64,000 nucleotides of DNA from Cenarchaeum sp. (GCA_965242695.1 CBDESU010000002.1:576001-640000), one strand, 5' to 3'; shown: positions 9,757-19,487, numbered from the stretch's first letter. Translations and numbers: made by a program. The notes: generated from the sequence alone by a model not told the origin.

Positions 9757-11395
9757 CTACGACGGGCGCCGCGCCTTGGCGTAGAACAGCTCTTGGTCGT
9801 GCCTGAGCGCCGCCCTCGGCGAGTCGCCGCCCCACCCGAAGCGGCCGAGCACCTCGAGGGTCTTCTCGAGTGCGATGCGGCCGTGCGACGTGATGCCGAG
9901 TATCGGGGCGATCTCCGCCGGCTCCAGCTCTATGCGGTCCTCGCGCGACATGCGCTCGTCGGAGAACCCGATCCGCCCGGGCGTCCGTATGTCGAGTACC
10001 CTGCCCCCCATTCCGGCAAGCGCCACCGAGACGGCGTACCTCTTGCCGGTTCTCGTCGTTAGGTTGGACGCAAACGCAAACACCTCGCTTACGGCGTAGA
10101 GCAGCCATATCGGCTCGAGGTACCTCGGACGCGGGAACGCGCCGGGCGGGTCGTCGACTATATCCTCCATGAGGGCCGCGTATTCCTTGAACTGCCCGTT
10201 GCGATCGAACCTCCATATGCTCATGTGGCCGAACGCATCGTGGCATGCCTCTGCGTATCCGTCCGTGGCGCGGGCCGAGCCGTACGGGCCGCCCCCCAGG
10301 TGGGGATAGTCGTACCCCCTGTAGGCCACGCTGCAGTCCGACACGGCCTCTGCCAGATCTTCCGGCGCGAAGTCGGAGCGGGGCGGACAGGGTTGTATGG
10401 TCACGACGCGGTGCCCGAGGCGCCTGATCTTTCCAAGGATGTCCCCGAGGCCGGCGGGCACATGATTGTGCTCGGGCAGGCGACGCGCAAACTGCATTGT
10501 AAAGACGTCATCGCCGCTCAAGGGACTCCACCCTCCCTGCCGTGCCTAGTGGTGCGGGGATCGCCGTTGGCATCGTGCGGGCGCGAAGGCGCCGCTCCGC
10601 CGCCTGCTGCATGCATCTCAGCGCACTGCTGATGCATGAGCGCATGCTGCTTGGTCGCGGCAGAGCCCACAAGCTCGCGCATGTCGGCGTGGTCGAATCG
10701 GTCTGTGCTCTCCACCTTGTGCCTTGGGCGGTGGTAGACGGAGCCACGCCGCAGGTGGCCCCTGCACGATTTCGGCCGTCTTTTTTGCAGATGATCGGGA
10801 CCTCGTCGAATTCTTCTACGTCTAGGACGACAAAGTGCCTACCGCGGCTGGTTATCCTGCGCGGCACAACATCCACCGATGGCTCGGCATACTCGTTCAC
10901 AAAACTTGCTACATCGTCGGGGCTGTAGCTGTCAAAGTTCCCCATGCTCATCCCCACAAGATCCGGCCTCTTGCCCGGCACCTCCTTGATTTCTATTATG
11001 ATCTTCCCGCCGCCATTGAGGTTGGCCATGGCCATGATTGTTCGGGTCAGCACGCACTTGAGTTCATTCCACGGCATGCTCTCCTTGAATTCCATGTCGC
11101 GGCGCTCCTTGTCTCCCGCCATGTCGGCAATTTTGTCAGTGCCGTCGACGCCGCTGCCGTGCTCGCCGATGTACAGCCTCGTCAGTCCGGCGAGGCCCTT
11201 CTCGATCAGGCTCTTGCCGCCGTCTAGGATGCGGCCCTCCGCTGTCCTTGCCTCCTCTTCTATGGAAGCGTCGTCAATGTCCAGCCTTTCGAGCGCCATC
11301 CGGGCGGCCTCTCTTATCGGCGCAGACGGGTCTACGTCGACGCGCCTCTCCCTTCCCTGCGCGACGAACGTGATCCTCATCTCTTCGGCCGCCAT
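9757..11395 (-). pseudogene. ubiquitin-like (DUF2604-type) + Schlafen/AlbA_2 fusion with C-terminal domain; two single-base deletions
   Basis: Ubl-like first ~85 aa; EFKES..MAMANLNGGGKIII..FVVLDVEEF..PIIC; frame restored at ~10775 gives LRRGSVYHR..VES..DMRELV; second shift at ~10521 joins ORF 9757-10521. Confidence 0.75.
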
Positions 11396-11518
11396 GCAGG
11401 GCGGGGCTCATGGGCCGCAATTTACGCCTTGCGATCACGCCTGCCGCGGGGCGCAGCAGGCGCTGCAGTGGGAGCCGCGCAGGCTGTTCCAAGGAGGCGC
11501 CGCCGGGCGGCGGGCAAG

Positions 11519-11625
11519 GTAGCGCTGCGCGCTGGGCGCGGCCCATGCAGGCGGTGTACCAGTCGGTGCAGGCACTCCCCGACGAATACGTAGCGCTGCG
11601 CGCTGGGCGCAGCCCATGCCGGCGG
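11519..11625. repeat. two 36-bp direct repeats (34/36 identical) separated by 35 bp
   Basis: GTAGCGCTGCGCGCTGGGCGC(G/A)GCCCATGC(A/C)GGCGG at 11519-11554 and 11590-11625. Confidence 0.85.
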
Positions 11626-11641
11626 GGAGGCAGGGGGCGGC

Positions 11642-12319
11642 TCAGCCCGGCGGCCGGCCCCAGAATGCTGCGCACGACTCGGGTGCGGCCCACTCGGACA
11701 GCTCCATTCCGGGGGTCAGGCCGCCGCCGGCGATGCGGCCCGGCACCGCGTACCCGCGGTCGGAGTACAGGGCCGGATCGTCCGGCCCGGACATTACGTG
11801 CGAGCCGTCGTCCGCATCGTGCACGAGGCCGAGGTTGTGACCGAACTCGTGGGCCACAAGGTCGCGCATCTGCTCCCGAGTGTACGGGACAAGCGTCCCG
11901 TTCTTGGCTTGCATGCCGGGCGCGACGCCGATCGTCGCCCCGTCCGGGACGGCGCAGTGCCATCCCCGCTGCAGGTTGTCCAGGGACGGGCACAGCGGCG
12001 AGATGCCCAGGCACGCGCACCCGCTGACTATTGCGCCGCCGGAGCAGGAGACGTCCATGCGGGCGACGCGGACGTCGGCCGATTCCCACGACTCGGACTC
12101 TGTGAGCGCGAGGTCCGCGTTGGCCCCGTCCCACGCGGCGAACGCGTCGCGCGCGCCGTCAGCCGCGGCCTGGCCGAGCGCCGGGTCGACGGCGTACGAA
12201 ATGCTCCCCGACGGGCGCGGCCCGATATCCCACACGCCGACGACCGAGCCGGCGTACGCGGCGGCCAGCGGTAGCGAGACAACAAGGGCGGTCCAGACCA
12301 TGCGGGTGCGGCGCTGCAC
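11642..12319 (-). CDS. secreted matrixin/metzincin metalloprotease
   Basis: Signal/TM segment, HEFGHNLGLVH zinc motif, Met-turn SHVM. Confidence 0.88.
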   Translation of the reverse strand: MQRRTRMVWTALVVSLPLAAAYAGSVVGVWDIGPRPSGSISYAVDPALGQAAADGARDAFAAWDGANADLALTESESWESADVRVARMDVSCSGGAIVSGCACLGISPLCPSLDNLQRGWHCAVPDGATIGVAPGMQAKNGTLVPYTREQMRDLVAHEFGHNLGLVHDADDGSHVMSGPDDPALYSDRGYAVPGRIAGGGLTPGMELSEWAAPESCAAFWGRPPG

Positions 12320-12377
12320 GGCCGGCGGCGGCGCGGGCGGCTTTTGAACCCTGCCGGCGCCGCGCCGCGACGCCTCG

Positions 12378-12935
12378 TCAGGCAGCCCCCCGCCTGATCC
12401 TCGGCTCGGAGGCGCGGCCGGGGCATCTTTGGCGGACGTACTGTAGGAGAATGGCGAGCGAGACCTTGTTGAACCTGCGCTTTATGAACTCGATCCTCTC
12501 CCGCTCGGAGCGCGTAGCCCCCTCGTACAGCGTCTTTGCCACCCTCTTGCCCTTGCGCGTAAGATAGTACGTGGTCTTTTGCCTCTCGATCCACGGCGCC
12601 GGTCCCTCCCCCTCCTTCTCGACAGCCATCTCTATGTCGTCGGCAAGCTCGTCAAGCGAGGAGGCGCGCATCCGCTCCGCGTTGACAAGCCCCATTCCCT
12701 TGAGGGCCTCGATGGCGTCGAACACGTCGGCCGACCACGGCCCAAAGTCCCTCGCCTCAAAGCGCAGGTCGCCGGCCAGCCTGCCAAAGCCGCCCTCGCT
12801 GACAAGCAGGTAGAGCAGCTTGACGAGCGTCGTCGTGTCCGAGACGTCCTCACACACGGCCCTGGCCGAGCCCGGGGCGTACAGGAGCGCGAGCATCAGG
12901 TCGGCGGCCGACTCTATCGAGGTTCGTGCAGCCAT
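12378..12935 (-). CDS. YwgA/SocA-like winged-helix protein
   Basis: LMLALLYA..TTLVKLLYLL..FEARDFGPWSADV..YYLTRKG..LLQYV; TATA GTTATAGA upstream. Confidence 0.7.
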   Translation of the reverse strand: MAARTSIESAADLMLALLYAPGSARAVCEDVSDTTTLVKLLYLLVSEGGFGRLAGDLRFEARDFGPWSADVFDAIEALKGMGLVNAERMRASSLDELADDIEMAVEKEGEGPAPWIERQKTTYYLTRKGKRVAKTLYEGATRSERERIEFIKRRFNKVSLAILLQYVRQRCPGRASEPRIRRGAA

Positions 12936-13087
12936 TGCGGGCGGCGCGGGCGCGGGCTCTATAACAGCTGCCCCGGGCGGCGCCGGCGGGCCGAGGCGAA
13001 GGAGATGCGCGTCGGGGCGGGCCGCGCCGGACCAACTGGGTCGCGGGTCAGGGCCGCGAAGGGACAGCGCGGCTGGCCGCAGCCCGG

Positions 13088-13813
13088 TCACCTGCGGCCG
13101 GCCGCGGAGTTCATCGGCCGTATCCGCGGGGGCGGGCCCACGCGGTTCACCTCGGGCAGTGATGCCACTTCGAGGAAGAGGGCGGCCGCGCATCGCATGC
13201 GGATCGCGCAGTAGTCGCGCGAACTGAACGTGTCGAGCACCCCGCCTCCTCCCCCGACCGCGGCGATCCTGCCGAGGGCGCCCGCAAGCCCCCCGAGCCG
13301 GGCGTCGGTCATGGGCCAGGCCTCGACGTCTAGGTACGCCTCCTCCCCGGCAGGGATTCCCAAGAGGCGGTGGCTGATCTTTTCCTCGGGGGGCACGGAG
13401 GCGATCCCGGCGATCGTGTCGATGAACGTGGGCCTGCGCCTGCCCGCCCGCGCCTCGGCCTTGGAGGAGAGGCGCTCCGCATAGTCCCCGGTCCCATCTA
13501 CCATCCAGCGGTCGGCAAGCGCCGACGAGACGGTCCTGATGCCGACTGCATCCAGGTCCCCCCTGAGCCTGTCATCGTCCACGCGCTGCGCCAGGTCCAT
13601 CCTGAACGTGTGGGACGGGACGTACCCGCAGCCGGCGTACCGATCGGCAATCCCCCTGTGGCGCCGGGCGAGGCCGGCGAAGCTCGCGGCGATCGCCGCG
13701 CCAAACTCCGCATGGTCCCTCTTGGCCTGCCTGTACGGGCGGCGCCACGTGCGCCCCCGCAGGGCGACGGTCCCGGCCAGCTGGAGCCCGAGGTGCGGGC
13801 GGTGCGCGCTCAG
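13088..13813 (-). pseudogene. N-terminal fragment of S8 subtilase (IetS-like); catalytic domain missing
   Basis: Overlaps the AAA stop codon; RPHL..YLDVEAWP..LPEVNRV.PPP resembles the pro-region of AAA-associated S8 proteases; no D/H/S triad region. Confidence 0.55.
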
Positions 13814-14721
13814 GGCGCGGCGCCCCCTTTTGCCCTCTTCCGCCGCCTCAGGGCGGACAGGGACTGCATCACGTCGGCCCTGCCCACCGCCGCCCTGTCC
13901 TCGACTATGCTCCTGCGAAGGGCGCCGACGCACGCCTGCATGATGTCGGCCGCCGAAAAGCCAGCCGTCGAGCGCGCCAGGGCCGCCGTGTCGATGCCGG
14001 CGTCCCGCCGCATGACCCTCAGGTGCTTTTCAAAGAGCGCCTTCCGGCGCGCGCGGTCGGGCATGTCGAAGTAGAGGACGTCGTCGAACCTGCGCCACAC
14101 GGCATCGTCGAGCATTCCGTGGTGGTTGGTGGCCGCCATGATCAGGGTGCCGCCGTCGTACTCGTCGAGCATCTGCATGAAGTTGTTGACTACCCGCTTT
14201 AGCTCGCCGTGCTCGTGCGGATCGTCGCGCCGCTTGCCGATGCTGTCGAACTCGTCGAACAGGACCACTAGGCTCTGCTCCTCCATGTAGTCGAAGACGC
14301 TCCTCATGTTCGATGCCGTCTCGCCGAGGTACGACGAGATGAGCGAGTCGAATGCGACGTATGCGAACGGGCGGCCGAGCGCGCTGGCAACGACCTGCGC
14401 CGTGAGCGTCTTGCCGGTGCCCGGCGGGCCGCAGAGCAGGATCCTGTCGCTCGGCCGGAGCCCGTAGGAGCGGATCTTGCCGGCGGCCCTGTTCTCCGAG
14501 ATGATCGACTCGACTGCCTCCATCACCTCGGCGCCGGCGATCAGGTCGTCCAGGGCGTAGTAGTGGCGCCTTATGCGGAGCAGCGGGAGCCCGCGCTCGG
14601 GGTCGCGCGGGACGGGGGCGGACAGGCCGGTGCCGCCCCCGGCGCCGGCTCCCCGCCGCCCCTGCTGCGGCCGCCGCGGGGCCGGGGGGAGCCTGCGCAT
14701 CTCGGCCGTCTTGTCCGCCAT
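13810..14721 (-). CDS. AAA+ ATPase (IetA-like)
   Basis: GPPGTGKT Walker A, SSYLGETASN, VLFDEFD Walker B, GELKRVVN, AATNH, AVWRRFD. Confidence 0.93.
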   Translation of the reverse strand: MADKTAEMRRLPPAPRRPQQGRRGAGAGGGTGLSAPVPRDPERGLPLLRIRRHYYALDDLIAGAEVMEAVESIISENRAAGKIRSYGLRPSDRILLCGPPGTGKTLTAQVVASALGRPFAYVAFDSLISSYLGETASNMRSVFDYMEEQSLVVLFDEFDSIGKRRDDPHEHGELKRVVNNFMQMLDEYDGGTLIMAATNHHGMLDDAVWRRFDDVLYFDMPDRARRKALFEKHLRVMRRDAGIDTAALARSTAGFSAADIMQACVGALRRSIVEDRAAVGRADVMQSLSALRRRKRAKGGAAP

Positions 14722-14832
14722 GCCGGCGGCGCGCCGCGGGCGCAAAAAAATGTGCCGGCCGATGGAGAGGTGCACGGGGCGTTCAGGGGAGTAGCCGCGG
14801 CGGCAGGGGGGGGGGGCTTGCGGGACGGCAGG

Positions 14833-15960
14833 TCATGCAGTGTAGGCGCCGCACGCATAGGCGCCGCAGCGGCCGCCCCGCACATGGCTGCCCGCGGACC
14901 GCGCGGCCCCGAGCCTGCCGGGGTCGACCCTGCCGGCAGACGCGGCTGCCTCGGCCGCCGATTCGGCGGCCTCGGCGGTGTTCGCGTACATTGCGCCCCT
15001 TGCCCCCGCGTACCGGCAGTTGATCGCCGACAGCGACTGCCCGAACCGGAGGGCCCGCTCCAGCGGCGCCCGGGACATCCCCGCGGGGCCCCGCAACCGG
15101 GCGGCGCCGGACGCGGGCAGCGCATGCAAAAACCCCGCCGTAAGCATGTCGCCGGCGCCGGCCGCATCGACGACGCCGCCTGCCGGCACGGCGGGCATCG
15201 ATCCCGCGACTGCTCGCCCGCCGGCATGCCGGGCCTCGTACTCTAGGCCCTCTTCCGACCTGGTCGCTATGCGCAGCTGCCCGGCGGCCGGCGCGTCGGC
15301 CCACGGGCCAAAGGAGGCGGCGCCGCCCGGGCCGGCACTCGTCTTGACCACGTCCGCGAGCCGCGCGCCGCGGCGAAAGGCCGCGCCCCCCGGCCGCCCG
15401 GGCGGCTCGAACACGACCAGCGCGCCTGCACGTCGGCAGCGGCCCGCCATGTCAAGCGCGCCCGGCGTGGCCCTGTCAAAGTAGAACACGTCGGGGGCCG
15501 GCACGGCGCCGAGCGCGGCAGACCTGGCCGCCGCGCCGGGCGGGCGCCACCGCGGCAGCCTCCTGCCGTGCCTGCACCTAAAGTAGAACTCGTGGCGCGG
15601 CTCGGGCCCCGAGAGCAGGCGCTCGATTATGCGCGGGGTGGCGGCCGCAGGGTCCCGGTGCACGTGCGAGGTATCGACGCCAAACCTCGACATGTCCTGC
15701 ACGATGTGCCCCCCGTCCGGATCGTCGCCCAGCCGCGCGACGGGGATCGACCGCCAGCCGAGCCACGCCAGCGCGGCCAGCACGTTGCAGCACGATCCGC
15801 CGGCGAGGCAGCGCGGGCTGGTGGAGGCGGCAGGGTAGATCACGTCGAGCACGACCAGGCCGGTTCCCAGGCACGTGCGGCCCGCCGCGGGCGGGGGGCC
15901 CGGACGGCGCTGCGCCGGCGAGTCGCCCCCGCGTGCCCGCACGGCGTGCCGCTCCCGCAA
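14833..15960 (-). CDS. PfkB/ribokinase family carbohydrate kinase
   Basis: GTGLVVLDVI, GGSCCNV, VVFEP, VDAAGAGDMLTAG; TTG start inferred from upstream TTAATA. Confidence 0.9.
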   Translation of the reverse strand: MRERHAVRARGGDSPAQRRPGPPPAAGRTCLGTGLVVLDVIYPAASTSPRCLAGGSCCNVLAALAWLGWRSIPVARLGDDPDGGHIVQDMSRFGVDTSHVHRDPAAATPRIIERLLSGPEPRHEFYFRCRHGRRLPRWRPPGAAARSAALGAVPAPDVFYFDRATPGALDMAGRCRRAGALVVFEPPGRPGGAAFRRGARLADVVKTSAGPGGAASFGPWADAPAAGQLRIATRSEEGLEYEARHAGGRAVAGSMPAVPAGGVVDAAGAGDMLTAGFLHALPASGAARLRGPAGMSRAPLERALRFGQSLSAINCRYAGARGAMYANTAEAAESAAEAAASAGRVDPGRLGAARSAGSHVRGGRCGAYACGAYTA

Positions 15961-16268
15961 CGCTGCGCCGGGCGGGCTGCGCGCTATTAACATTGGCCGG
16001 ATGCAAGCCGCGCCAGGGCGACCATGCCGACGCGCCCGGGCGGTCGAGATCGCGCACCGGCTAGGCGGGCGTGCCCGGAAGCCTGCACCCGGGGAGCAGG
16101 GACCGCGAGTCCCAGCCATCCTCCAGGTGCGACAGGTGGCCGTGGTGCTCGCGCCGGGCGCTGAATCACGGCCGCGCACGGTCGCCGCCGCCGCAACCCA
16201 GCGCAGCGCGCGCCCTCAAGCGGCAGGGGCAGGACGCACCGGCCTGGAGGCCAGCGCTGGGCCAAGTA

Positions 16269-17081
16269 TCACCGAATAAGGGCGGCCGAGGCTGGAGATA
16301 CACGATCCCTGATCTGCGCAAGCACATCGCCTATGCCGTCCTGGTAGACCACCTCGACCTCCCACTTCTCAAGCCTTTCGGCGATGCCGCGTGACACCGA
16401 CCCTGCCAGCCCGGCGCCGTCCCTTGCCTCGGCGGCCCACATCATAAAGGATACCTCCTTCGTGTGCCATCTTTCAATCGATGCTATGTCGCCGATCCTT
16501 TTCTTGATTGTGTCTGTGGCAGACGCCGACCTGGCAGAGACCGCAAACAGCGCCACGAGCGGCACCTCGTTCCCTAGGAACACGTGCGGGAACCTGACCG
16601 CGGGCGGGCGGACGCTGAACTCGTACCGGCGCTTGTACGAGCCGTGGGCGAAGCCCATGGCCTTGATCCGCTCCCCCAGCAGCGCATCCGCGCGCCGGCT
16701 ACGGGCGTCTCCGTCGTCCGGCCGGGCCGGCAGGCCCACGTGAATCCCAAAGGTCCATTCCAAGGCATCGTGAGGCGTGTCGAACGGCATGAGGTTGTTG
16801 GGCCTCGTCACGAGCAGCGTATCCGGAAACTGGCCCTCCGATAGGGCGGCCAGGTAGCCGTCGCCGACCTTGACGGGCCCCTCTTCGGCCATGGACCGGA
16901 TGTCGGGCAGTGACGGCAGGCCGGTTCTGCGCCGCACTTCGTCCCAGTTGTCGGTAAACCGTCTGTATGCCTCCCCCCTTTTGGGGTCGTAGAGAATCAC
17001 GCCGACGGCAACCGGCTCCCGGTGTGCGCTCTGGGGGACGACCTTGATGGTCGAAAACTGGTAGTCGGGCATCGCAACCAT
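16269..17081 (-). CDS. DUF3037-domain protein, copy 2
   Basis: YQFSTIKVVPQSAHREPVAVGVILYDP; TGATG coupling to the upstream kinase. Confidence 0.8.
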   Translation of the reverse strand: MVAMPDYQFSTIKVVPQSAHREPVAVGVILYDPKRGEAYRRFTDNWDEVRRRTGLPSLPDIRSMAEEGPVKVGDGYLAALSEGQFPDTLLVTRPNNLMPFDTPHDALEWTFGIHVGLPARPDDGDARSRRADALLGERIKAMGFAHGSYKRRYEFSVRPPAVRFPHVFLGNEVPLVALFAVSARSASATDTIKKRIGDIASIERWHTKEVSFMMWAAEARDGAGLAGSVSRGIAERLEKWEVEVVYQDGIGDVLAQIRDRVSPASAALIR

Positions 17082-17875
17082 CACCGCAAGGCGGGCGCCC
17101 CCAGTATGGCTTTCTCCAAGGAGCGTCTCCTGAGCGCAAGCAGGACGGACTTGAGCAGCTCTGCATCTGCCCGCGCACCGGGGCCCAGCCCCGGCGGCAG
17201 GACGGCGAGAAACTCGTCCAGCCACTCCTCGAGGTGCGACTCGAATGCCCGCAAAAAGCGTTCAAAGTCGTCGGGCGCGACTATTCGATCCGTAATCAGG
17301 CAGAACTCATCGATGGGGGCCAAGGCCTCGTACGTCTCTTTCAGCGTGTCTGCCGTCCACTCCGCATCGCCAAAGGCGTGCCCAAAATCAAAGACGCGGT
17401 ACAAATAGCCGCTCCCAAATGCGCTGGGCACGACGGCCACGTTCTCGTCATGTCGGTCATTGTTTTGGATCATTGTGTCGAACCCCAAGATGTCCGGCAC
17501 GATGTCAAGGTTGTCCACCATCTCGGCGGTCAGACGTATGCCAATGTCGGCAAGGGACTTGACGGTGAAGAATGGCTCTATGAATTTTACGCCAAAGTGC
17601 GCCCCCGGTTCGGCCAGGTCGAGCCCTGCCTCTATCCTTACCGAGTTGAGCTGCGCTATCGGGCCCGCATCAACCGTGACTAAGACCGGCTCAAGGGAGG
17701 GCAGTCCAAACCGCTCTGCTAGGTGACCGCACAGCATCTCGTTGAGGACTGTATGGTTGTCCGCGGTACGGAACTTGACGAGGTAGTGCCTGCCGTCGTC
17801 GCCCATGATCTTCCAAGCGTCCGATACGCCCGTGCCGATGGGCGAGACGAGATGGGCGCACTTTATGGTGTTCAC
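17081..17875 (-). CDS. HipA-like (HipA_2) kinase
   Basis: G.S.A....DDGRHYLVKF, NEMLC, FDTMIQNNDRHDEN, VFDFGHAF; TATA CTTATAC upstream. Confidence 0.88.
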   Translation of the reverse strand: MNTIKCAHLVSPIGTGVSDAWKIMGDDGRHYLVKFRTADNHTVLNEMLCGHLAERFGLPSLEPVLVTVDAGPIAQLNSVRIEAGLDLAEPGAHFGVKFIEPFFTVKSLADIGIRLTAEMVDNLDIVPDILGFDTMIQNNDRHDENVAVVPSAFGSGYLYRVFDFGHAFGDAEWTADTLKETYEALAPIDEFCLITDRIVAPDDFERFLRAFESHLEEWLDEFLAVLPPGLGPGARADAELLKSVLLALRRRSLEKAILGAPALR

Positions 17876-18205
17876 GCCAAAGCCCCTGTGCCGCAGTATA
17901 AGTGCGTTTGGTGCGCCGAGGCGCGTCCCAGTCCGGCTTTCCGGGCGGAGCTGACGGCCCGACCCGCAGGCCGCAGCAGCCGGCGGCAAGTGGCACCGGA
18001 TCGGGGCCAGCAAATTAGGATCTGGGAGAGGCGGCCGGCACAGCGCACCGCCTCTTGTCTGCGCACGGCTACGCGGACCGGAGTCCGACATGCCGCGCGG
18101 CCAGGCGGAGGGGAGCGACGGGAACGCACTTTCGGCCACGAGCCCCGGCCGCAGGCCGCGCAGGCCGCCCGCAACGATTATTATCCAAGCCTTTCGCGGC
18201 CCTCC

Positions 18206-19441
18206 GTGGCCACGGTAGAGCAGAGCAGCCGCGTGGCCGCAGGCGCCGACCACGTGTCGGTCAGCGACGACCAGGTGGCGATCAGCGGCTTTACGACCGA
18301 GGTCCGCGAGATCGTAGAGTACTTTGGCAGCCTTAGCGAGTCGTCGTCGCTGGACCGCAAGCTCGAGGACGTCCTCCGGATGGGAGTCATGGCCATTACG
18401 GCCACGGGCACGGCGCAGAACGTCGGCCGCGTCGAAAAGGAGTTCGAGCTGCTAAAGATGGGCTTTGACCAAAAGATCGACTCGATCTTCGGGGAAAAGG
18501 GGCAGGTCGCCGAGATCATAGCCAAGCACTTTGGCGAGGACGGGCAGGTCGCCGAGATCATAGCCAAGCACTTTGGCGAGGACGGGCAGGTCGCCGAGAT
18601 CATAGCCAAGCACTTTGGCGAGGACGGAAAGCTGCTCGAAGAGCTGCTCAACCCCAACAAGGAGGACAGCCCGCTCGGCCTGCTCAAGGGCGACCTGCAC
18701 AGGACGCTCGGCGAGATCAGGGACAAGCTCGGCGAGCAGGAGGCGGCCAGGCAGATCGCCGGCAGGGGGACGCAGAAGGGCCGCGACTTCGAGGATCGCT
18801 GCGCCGGCGGCCTCGTGCTGGCAGCAAAGGCGAGCGGCGATGCCCTCGAGAGGACGGGCGACGAGGCGGGCCTGGCGGGCGCTAGCAAAAAGGGCGACTT
18901 TGTCGCCACGCTGGGCGGCAGCGGCGCAAGGGTCGTCTTCGAGATGAAGGACAAGGACAGCATCGGCATGACCGAGATCAGGAAAGAGCTAAAGGCGGCC
19001 ATGGACAACAGGGACGCCACGTACGGGGTGCTCGTAGCAAAGAAGAGGTCGTCGCTGCCCGACGGAGTGGGGTGGTTCAACGAGGACGCGGACGGGGCAA
19101 CGCTCGCATGCGCCGTAGAGGACGACGAGGGCAACGCCGTAATGAACGGCGAGATGGTGGTGATGGCGTACCGGTGGGCAAGGGCAAGGGCAGGAGCCAT
19201 CGCGGCGGAGGCTGCGGGCTCGGCGCCGGCCGAGGGCGCCGTCGACGTCCAGGCCATAGCACAGAAGGCCAGGGACATTGGCGAGCGCGTAGCGGGGCTG
19301 TCTAGGGCCAGGCGCGAGTGCACTACGATCGAAAAGTCGACCGGAAAGATCAGGGACATGGTCAAGGAGGCCGAGGACGACGCCGCGGCCGGCGTGGCCG
19401 CGATCATCGAGTCGCTCAATGGTGAGCGCAGCCCGCAGTAG
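18206..19441 (+). CDS. coiled-coil protein with PD-(D/E)xK nuclease-like domain (RmuC/DUF2130-like)
   Basis: KGRDFE..KKGDFV..VVFEMKD motif flanked by coiled coils. Confidence 0.7.
   Translation: MATVEQSSRVAAGADHVSVSDDQVAISGFTTEVREIVEYFGSLSESSSLDRKLEDVLRMGVMAITATGTAQNVGRVEKEFELLKMGFDQKIDSIFGEKGQVAEIIAKHFGEDGQVAEIIAKHFGEDGQVAEIIAKHFGEDGKLLEELLNPNKEDSPLGLLKGDLHRTLGEIRDKLGEQEAARQIAGRGTQKGRDFEDRCAGGLVLAAKASGDALERTGDEAGLAGASKKGDFVATLGGSGARVVFEMKDKDSIGMTEIRKELKAAMDNRDATYGVLVAKKRSSLPDGVGWFNEDADGATLACAVEDDEGNAVMNGEMVVMAYRWARARAGAIAAEAAGSAPAEGAVDVQAIAQKARDIGERVAGLSRARRECTTIEKSTGKIRDMVKEAEDDAAAGVAAIIESLNGERSPQ
18500..18627 (+). repeat. 3 perfect 42-bp tandem repeats (GQVAEIIAKHFGED)
   Basis: gggcaggtcgccgagatcatagccaagcactttggcgaggac at 18500, 18542, 18584. 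Confidence 0.95.
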
Positions 19442-19487
19442 CAAGGCAGGCAGCCGGCCTTATATTGAGCAGAGCGAACGGGCTGGC

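Noticed and set aside
11519-11625. Calling this a true CRISPR array
   Set aside because: Only two clear repeats, no leader and no cas genes; kept as a repeat and a finding only.
18500-18627. 42-bp repeats as CRISPR
   Set aside because: No spacers; in-frame coding tandem repeat.
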